From: Clostridia bacterium
GTDB lineage: Bacteria > Bacillota > Clostridia > Oscillospirales > CAG-382
Length of the DNA stretch: 64,000 bases
Direction of reading: 5' to 3'
Assembly (NCBI GenBank): GCA_017447445.1
Contig: JAFSNK010000021.1
Span: forward strand, 122,514-186,513
Each line of letters opens with the position of its first letter. The stretch's first letter is position 1. This document shows positions 57,976 through 64,000 of the stretch, piece after piece. The notes under the pieces were generated by a model, which was given only the letters and a program-made list of their open reading frames with translations, was not told the DNA's origin and did not search any database. A program made the position numbers and the translations under genes.

Positions 57976-59802
57976 TTATCCTCCTATTCCCTTGTCAAGA
58001 CTTGCGCCTGTTATCTTGTTGACGAGGGCGTTGCAAATAAGAATTGTTACGATCAGTATAAGGTTGATACCGCTTGAGAACGCGTACAGTCCCATCTCGT
58101 CGAAGTAGTCGAGCTGCGTTGAAAGGATAAGCCCCTGACCGCAGAGCAGCATAAACAGCGACAACTCGCGCAGACAGGTCATGAACGGCAGCAGAAAGCC
58201 CGATACTATCGAGGATTTCTGTATCGGCACGATGATGCGAGTCATCCTCTTGCGCCACGGGATATCCTGAATTATCGCCGCCTCTTCGATCTCTCCCGAG
58301 AGCTGCAGCATCGAATTCAGCGAGCTGCGGCTGGCAAACGGTATATACTTGACCGTACCTACTATGATCAGCAGCCAGTATGTATTGAAGAGGTTTATCC
58401 CGCTCGAGAAGAGCTTGAAAAACGCTATACTGACCGCTATCGAAGGCATCAGGTACGGCAGGAAGGCGACGCTGTTGACGTAGCCCGCCAGCTTTGAACG
58501 GCGTTTTTTCGATACGGCATAACCGATCAGCGTTCCTATCACGCCGGCGGCGAGGGCGCAGGCGACCGATACGAGCATCGTGCCTCCGAATCCGCGCCAG
58601 ATCATCTCGTTGAACAGCATTCCCTTCTGACCGTACATACCGTTTTCGGAAACGTTCTCGCTTGTGGTCCACCACTTCGTGGTTAAGTTGTCGGTGTTGA
58701 AGGTCTTTAGGAAGCTGTAGTCGCCCGGGTTAGGCAGGAAGGTCTCGAAGGCGAACGAAATGATCGGGAATATACTGGTGAAGAAGGTTATCAGCACCAA
58801 TATGATCGCTATTACGATCTTTCCGACCTTTCCGAGATTGATGACAGACGTCTGCCCGGACTTGCCGGTAACTGTGGTATAGCTCTTACGGCTCTTGAGC
58901 GAACGTTGGTTGAAATACATTATGCCGATGCCGAGCAGCATCATAATGACCGCGAGAATACTCGCCTGACCGGCCCGGCGGTCGTTGATCTCTATATACC
59001 TCGTCGAAAGAGTTGTCAACCCGAGGAAGTGAGGCACCGGGTAGGAGCCCATCGCGCTTCCGAAAACGAGGAGTATCGTCGAGAGAATGGCGGGACGTAT
59101 GAGAGGAAGCGTGACGTGCGTCATTATCTTCCACTTCGGCGTATTTAGTATGGTCGCCGCCTCCTCGAGGTTGGCGTCCATATTTCTGAAAATACCGCCT
59201 ATCAGTATATATGCGAACGGCGCGTAGTGAAGCCCCAGCACCAGAATGCTCGGGAACATCCCCGCACACCACCATTGAGGCATCGTTACGCCGAAAAGCC
59301 CCGCGAGAAGTCCGTCCCTGTTGCCGGTTACGGCAACCGAATCGAACATATTTTTCCACACGGTCGCCAGAGTCCACTGGGGCATTATGTATGGAAAAAT
59401 GAATATCGCGCTAAGGTATTTTTTGAATCTAAGGTTGGTCCTTGTGACCAAAAATGCAAACAGACCACCGTATAATATAGAAACGACGCAAGATCCGACG
59501 GCGAGTATCAGCGTATTTAGAAGCGGGTTCCACAGATTCTGCTTTGCGATAGTGCTGGTGAAAAGGTCGGTGTAATTCACTATCGTGAAACCGGACGATC
59601 TGCCCGTAAGATTTGCGTCTATCGTACCGGGATGGATCTTGAGGGTATCCTCTACGATCGCCACGATCGGCGCAAATGTGGTGAACGTGCAGATCACCGC
59701 CATGATCACCAGAATCGTATTCTGCGGCTTGGAAAAGAAAGTCTTGATCTTATTCCATATGACTGCCCGTCTGTTTGCCTGAGGAGAGAACGTCATCTGC
59801 AT
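57976..59802 (-). CDS. Fused ABC permease (FbpB-like)
   Basis: Two EEAA motifs, ~12 TM. Confidence 0.88.
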   Translation of the reverse strand: MQMTFSPQANRRAVIWNKIKTFFSKPQNTILVIMAVICTFTTFAPIVAIVEDTLKIHPGTIDANLTGRSSGFTIVNYTDLFTSTIAKQNLWNPLLNTLILAVGSCVVSILYGGLFAFLVTRTNLRFKKYLSAIFIFPYIMPQWTLATVWKNMFDSVAVTGNRDGLLAGLFGVTMPQWWCAGMFPSILVLGLHYAPFAYILIGGIFRNMDANLEEAATILNTPKWKIMTHVTLPLIRPAILSTILLVFGSAMGSYPVPHFLGLTTLSTRYIEINDRRAGQASILAVIMMLLGIGIMYFNQRSLKSRKSYTTVTGKSGQTSVINLGKVGKIVIAIILVLITFFTSIFPIISFAFETFLPNPGDYSFLKTFNTDNLTTKWWTTSENVSENGMYGQKGMLFNEMIWRGFGGTMLVSVACALAAGVIGTLIGYAVSKKRRSKLAGYVNSVAFLPYLMPSIAVSIAFFKLFSSGINLFNTYWLLIIVGTVKYIPFASRSSLNSMLQLSGEIEEAAIIQDIPWRKRMTRIIVPIQKSSIVSGFLLPFMTCLRELSLFMLLCGQGLILSTQLDYFDEMGLYAFSSGINLILIVTILICNALVNKITGASLDKGIGG

Positions 59803-59951
59803 GGTGAACGATTCCTTTCAGCTTAATTGCGTCCGCCGCCGTACTTTGCCGGCGGCGGACCGGAAACGCGGGCGGCGTTATTCGCCGCCCAGTAACATCA
59901 AAGGCGTCGAAAAGGACGCCTTTGATGGTTTAGGGTTTTTGCCGATTTATT

Positions 59952-61292
59952 TTATTTATCAGCGGCGGGGGTGTATTTGTCGAGAGTCTCGATCCAGGAG
60001 CCGACAGTGAACGCGACCTTTGCGCAGTATGCGGGATCCTCAAGAACGAGTTTTCCGTCGCCTACCCACCAGTCGTAGCCGCGGTCGTTCTTTACGGGGA
60101 ACTTGTTCTCGCCGTCTACATAACCGCCCTTGGCGTGGTTGTGGAGCTCTTCGTTCTCCTTTGCGACCTTAGGATTGGAGGAATAGCCGCCCATGTCTTT
60201 GCCCCAGGCCTCAAAGCCCTTCTGGGTGCAGGTCATGTACGCGATGAAAGCGCAGGCGGTCCAGGGCAGCGGGCTGTTGTCGGTGACGAACAGATAATGG
60301 CAGTAGCCGTAGCCGCCTATGCCCTCGTAATTGTCCTCGTAAGCCGCGACCTTAACGTTGTTCTTGGACTTGGTGTCGGATTCTTCGATGGAACGCAGCT
60401 TGGAGTAAACGAGCAGACCGAACTGGTCTACAGCGGAAGCGTCGACGAGGTTCTGGCAGATAGGTCCGTCGTCCTCAACCTTGTTGTAGGAGCCGACCCA
60501 CAGTTTGATCCAAGCGAGAGCGTATTTGCCGTTTTCGCCGAGTCCGAAATCTTTTGCGGTTTCAGCGAGCGCGTCGATAGTGGGCTGGAAGTATGCTTTT
60601 TCTTCGGCGGTGAGCTTATCGAAAGCATCCTTGAGATACTTGGAGTACTCATCCTTGGTCAGCATATAAAGGAAGTTCTTGCCGACGATCTCGGAGTCGA
60701 TGTCCATAAACTGACCGTGAGCGTCTTTTGCGACGAAATCCCAGCAGTTGTCGAAAGTCTTGGTTCCGACGGAGTTGAACATGAACACCTTATTAAGAGT
60801 CTGCAGCGGGAGATAGCCTTCATACTTGTCGGCCGAAACGCCCTTTGCCTCTGCCCATTCCTTCGGAATGAAGGTGTCGAGGATACCGGTCTGGACCATC
60901 TTGCTTTCGATCTGGTTGCCGTCCTGAATAAGAGTCATTGCGTAAGTACCGACAGTCTTCTTGGATTCTGCGGTCAGCTGGTCGAATATCTTGTTGTTCT
61001 TCGGCTGCTGCCAGTCAAATTCAAGAGTATAGGTGCTGTCGATAGTCTGGAGATACTCAATAAACACGGGAAGCGCGCTCTTGCCGCGGCTGGAGTTGCC
61101 GACGCCGTAGAAGGTCTTGCCCTTGGATTCTTCGATCGCCTTCTTGGCAAGCTCTTCAAGAGACATGCCCTGTGCCTGTTCGATGATCTTCTGAACTTCG
61201 CTCTGTTCCTTTTTGGGTGTGGAAGAGCAGGCGGACAGCACAAAGGGGATCACCATAAGTGCTACGAGTACGAGTGCCAGGAGTTTTTTCAT
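59952..61292 (-). CDS. ABC substrate-binding lipoprotein
   Basis: Lipobox LSAC; upstream of permease and ATPase; highly biased codon use. Confidence 0.75.
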   Translation of the reverse strand: MKKLLALVLVALMVIPFVLSACSSTPKKEQSEVQKIIEQAQGMSLEELAKKAIEESKGKTFYGVGNSSRGKSALPVFIEYLQTIDSTYTLEFDWQQPKNNKIFDQLTAESKKTVGTYAMTLIQDGNQIESKMVQTGILDTFIPKEWAEAKGVSADKYEGYLPLQTLNKVFMFNSVGTKTFDNCWDFVAKDAHGQFMDIDSEIVGKNFLYMLTKDEYSKYLKDAFDKLTAEEKAYFQPTIDALAETAKDFGLGENGKYALAWIKLWVGSYNKVEDDGPICQNLVDASAVDQFGLLVYSKLRSIEESDTKSKNNVKVAAYEDNYEGIGGYGYCHYLFVTDNSPLPWTACAFIAYMTCTQKGFEAWGKDMGGYSSNPKVAKENEELHNHAKGGYVDGENKFPVKNDRGYDWWVGDGKLVLEDPAYCAKVAFTVGSWIETLDKYTPAADK

Positions 61293-61614
61293 AATAAAAC
61301 CTCGCTTAATAAAATAATAAAATAAAGCCAAACCGCCGGACGAATATAGCAGTGGGATATTCGACCTTCCGGCCTGTTACTTACTGGAACATTTTACATC
61401 TAATTCGCTGTTGTGTCAATATTCTTGGCGATAAATATACACTGTAAATCTCATTTTTATCAAATAAGACTAATTACGAGATGATTTTTTGTGCATTTTC
61501 ACTATTAAATCTTTTTTACGACAAAAAACCGCGTCCGCTTCAAAACGCGTCGGATCTTTAACGCGGATGAAGAGCCGCTTTGATCGCGTATAAAGCGTTT
61601 GCAAACGAAACAAA

Positions 61615-61646
61615 AAGCCGCCGGTTCAATTTGGAACCGGCGGCTT
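61615..61646 (-). terminator. Intrinsic terminator
   Basis: AAGCCGCCGGTTC/GAACCGGCGGCTT with T-run on - strand. Confidence 0.75.
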
Positions 61647-61726
61647 GATGATCCTTTGTATCTGCCGAATATTGACCGAATCGCATTATATGTACGATTT
61701 GTTATTCGGGTTTATTACGTTTTGTT

Positions 61727-62290
61727 TTACGCCCAGGGATTGCTGCTTTCGGGTTTGCGGATATCGGGAAGCAGGAACTGATCCCACAGATACCACTTGC
61801 CGTCTTTTGCTTCGCGAAGAACGACTTCGCGGGGGTTGTCGGCGCCTCCGGAGCGGATGAACAGTTTAACGTATCCCTCGTTCTCGTAGGAATAAGGATT
61901 GGTGCTTACGGAGATCGTATAGGGTTCCGTGGGAACGTAATCGTTCTGCGGGGTAGCGCCCTTGAAATAGGACCTCGGAACGTAATCCTTATCCATAAAT
62001 CTGTCTTTAAGGAACTGCAGATCCATTCCGCTTAAAGGTCTGGGCCCGCGGAGATAGTTCAGCATTTCGATGGAAGCGTCTTTGTTTTCGGGATAGAAGC
62101 AAAGCGCGACAACGGTGAGAGCCGCGGTTTCGAACGGGCTGGTAAGCGCCGCCTGCGGAAGCGCTTTGAACCCGGCGACGTCATCCGGCAGCGCGGGAAA
62201 AACGATCTCTTCCGTCTTGTTGCCGACGTTGTTCATCGCTTTTTTAGCGGCCTGGTCAACTTTGTTTTTAAGATTATCAAAAAGTCCCAT
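61727..62290 (-). CDS. Conserved hypothetical protein (DUF6935-like)
   Basis: RSYFKGATP.NDY, SGGADNPR, GKWYLW; family recalled, not verified. Confidence 0.55.
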   Translation of the reverse strand: MGLFDNLKNKVDQAAKKAMNNVGNKTEEIVFPALPDDVAGFKALPQAALTSPFETAALTVVALCFYPENKDASIEMLNYLRGPRPLSGMDLQFLKDRFMDKDYVPRSYFKGATPQNDYVPTEPYTISVSTNPYSYENEGYVKLFIRSGGADNPREVVLREAKDGKWYLWDQFLLPDIRKPESSNPWA

Positions 62291-62369
62291 AGTTTATTCT
62301 CCTTTTATTTATTTGAGTATATTATATCATACGATTATCGGTTTTTCAAGTAGAATATATGATTTTGGT

Positions 62370-63128
62370 TCAAGAAAACATCCATTCGAGAACGTATTGG
62401 ATATATTCGTCCCAGAATTCCCAGGAATGGTTGCCGTGCGATTCGCGGTATTCGAGATCGTAACCGAGTTCGCGCAGCTTATCGCGGAAGCGGAGATTTT
62501 CGTTATAAAGGAAATCCTCGGTCCCCACACCCATAAACAGCGACGGCTTGTTTGGATCGTCCCTATGCTTTTCGGCGAGCTTGAACAAATCGTCGTCTTC
62601 GGGTACGGCGCCGTCCTCGCCGAATATCGGTACGGTAACGGGGTTTATCCCGCGCGAAGCGATATCGGTCGCGGAGGAAAGCCCGGCGCCCTTGCAGAAT
62701 CTTTCCGATTCGCGCAAAGCGATCTTCAAAGCGCCGTATCCGCCCATCGAAAGCCCGGCGACGAAGTTGTCTTCCCTTCTGTCGGACACGTTGAAAAATT
62801 CACATACGCGGGCGGTCAGCTCCTTTGCGATGAAGGTGTAATACTTCAGCCCGTATTTCATATCCGTATAATAGCTGCGGTGCGCGCAGGGCATTACTAC
62901 GCATATCCCGTATTTCGCCGCGTAACGTTCTATCGAAGTGCGGCGCATCCATATGGTGTGATCGTCGCTTAAACCGTGAAGCAGATACAGGACCTTGTAT
63001 TTTGAAGCATTCGTCTCCGCACCGTTTATACCGATCTCGCCGTAGGAGCTTTTTTGCGGTATAACGCAATAGCATTCGGTCTGCATTCCAAGCGCTTCGC
63101 TGAAAAAATTAAAAGTAAGAAAAGCCAT
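62370..63128 (-). CDS. Alpha/beta-hydrolase esterase (PF00756-like)
   Basis: LYLLHG, GLSMGG, GTED, GNHSWEFW. Confidence 0.88.
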   Translation of the reverse strand: MAFLTFNFFSEALGMQTECYCVIPQKSSYGEIGINGAETNASKYKVLYLLHGLSDDHTIWMRRTSIERYAAKYGICVVMPCAHRSYYTDMKYGLKYYTFIAKELTARVCEFFNVSDRREDNFVAGLSMGGYGALKIALRESERFCKGAGLSSATDIASRGINPVTVPIFGEDGAVPEDDDLFKLAEKHRDDPNKPSLFMGVGTEDFLYNENLRFRDKLRELGYDLEYRESHGNHSWEFWDEYIQYVLEWMFS

Positions 63129-63230
63129 ATTTCCCTCCTGCTCCCGCGGGGGGCCGGAAGCGATCCGCCGCGGACGTTCTTTCTGTTATACTTATAACAT
63201 ATTTTGCCGGACGATTCAATAGTTATTAAG

Positions 63231-63260
63231 AAAAAGCGCCCCCTTGCGGAGGCGCTTTTT
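63231..63260 (-). terminator. Intrinsic terminator
   Basis: AAAAAGCGCC..GGCGCTTTTT. Confidence 0.75.
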
Positions 63261-63273
63261 GATTGTTGCGTGA

Positions 63274-64000
63274 TTATGCGAGGTCTTCCCCGCGAGTGAA
63301 GTACGCACCTTCAAGCGCGGTATTGGGTTTTGCGGAAGCGCACGCTTCAAGGTCTACGTTTTCGAGTTCGATTATCGAACCGACCTCGATATCCGAGACA
63401 GCGTCACCGACAAGAGCGCCGGAGCCGATGGCGATTATGTATCCGCCTTCGGGTATTTCGGTATCGCCTTTTGCGGTGTTCTGATCGAAGTTGAGCGAAA
63501 CGACCTTATTGTCGGCGCCGACAACTATGAAGGCGAATTCTTTGTAATCCTTGCCTTCGCTTACCACCACAGCTTCCGGCTGCGGAATGGTGTAGCTGCC
63601 GAGCACGTTGCGTTTGATCTGTGCGTAATCCGCCACGTCGATCTTGCCGTTGCCGTTGACGTCGGCGCGTTTGAACTGCTCGGCGCTCAATTCATAAGAG
63701 CCGAGGAACGCGCGTTTCGCCATAGCGTAGTCGACAGCATCGATAGTGCCCTTGCCGTCTACGTCGCCGAGTATGTAATCCGGTTTTTCCTTGACTTCGG
63801 TGACCTCGTAAGGAGTATCCGCGTCCGCGTTGCCTACGATTATGGTTACGTCGGATTCGTTATACCCGTTTACGGTATCGATAGCGATGCACGTTTCGAT
63901 ATACTCTATCTTCTGGACGTTTGTATAAGTCTCGCCGTCGAGCTCTACCGACGCGGTGATAAGGGTATTTCCGTCTTCATCGTTGTCGTAATCGATCTCG
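63274..64000 (-). CDS. Dockerin-containing protein, C-terminal part (5' end outside window)
   Basis: Frame open to the edge; GDVDGKGTIDAVDY...ADVNGNGKIDVADY duplicated Ca-binding loops. Confidence 0.85.
   Translation of the reverse strand, partial: EIDYDNDEDGNTLITASVELDGETYTNVQKIEYIETCIAIDTVNGYNESDVTIIVGNADADTPYEVTEVKEKPDYILGDVDGKGTIDAVDYAMAKRAFLGSYELSAEQFKRADVNGNGKIDVADYAQIKRNVLGSYTIPQPEAVVVSEGKDYKEFAFIVVGADNKVVSLNFDQNTAKGDTEIPEGGYIIAIGSGALVGDAVSDIEVGSIIELENVDLEACASAKPNTALEGAYFTRGEDLA

Noticed and set aside
61489-61505. Rex-like palindrome TTGTGCATTTTCACTA upstream of the ABC operon
   Set aside because: Too degenerate and wrong spacing

Overview
Chromosomal segment of a spore-forming Clostridia-class Firmicute, inferred from spoVAC/D/E, a Firmicutes-type LexA box, a dockerin protein and sigma-A promoters. 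Much of it is housekeeping: eno, recA-recX-rimO-pgsA-cysS-mrnC-lexA, prs, rpsF-ssb-rpsR, rsmA, fumC plus malic enzyme, three tRNAs and an ABC transporter. The most notable loci are four. (1) A ~2.35-kb integrase-less mini-element at the CCA end of tRNA-Pro(GGG), bounded by perfect 18-bp inverted arms that rebuild a symmetric 52-bp serine-integrase-type attP. It carries one adenylate-forming enzyme behind a uORF/terminator-antiterminator leader, followed by an apparent 3' remnant of a displaced homologue. (2) An MBOAT-DHHW-DHHW-FkbH-ACP operon that plausibly adds glyceryl groups to a surface polymer. (3) A Cthe_2159-VTC-DUF4956 locus with one canonical two-component system plus a His-less pseudo-kinase and pseudo-receiver pair. 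(4) A three-gene LytTR regulatory system with a small Cys-rich protein and a 9-N12-9 operator. All family calls come from motif recognition only; no database searches were run.
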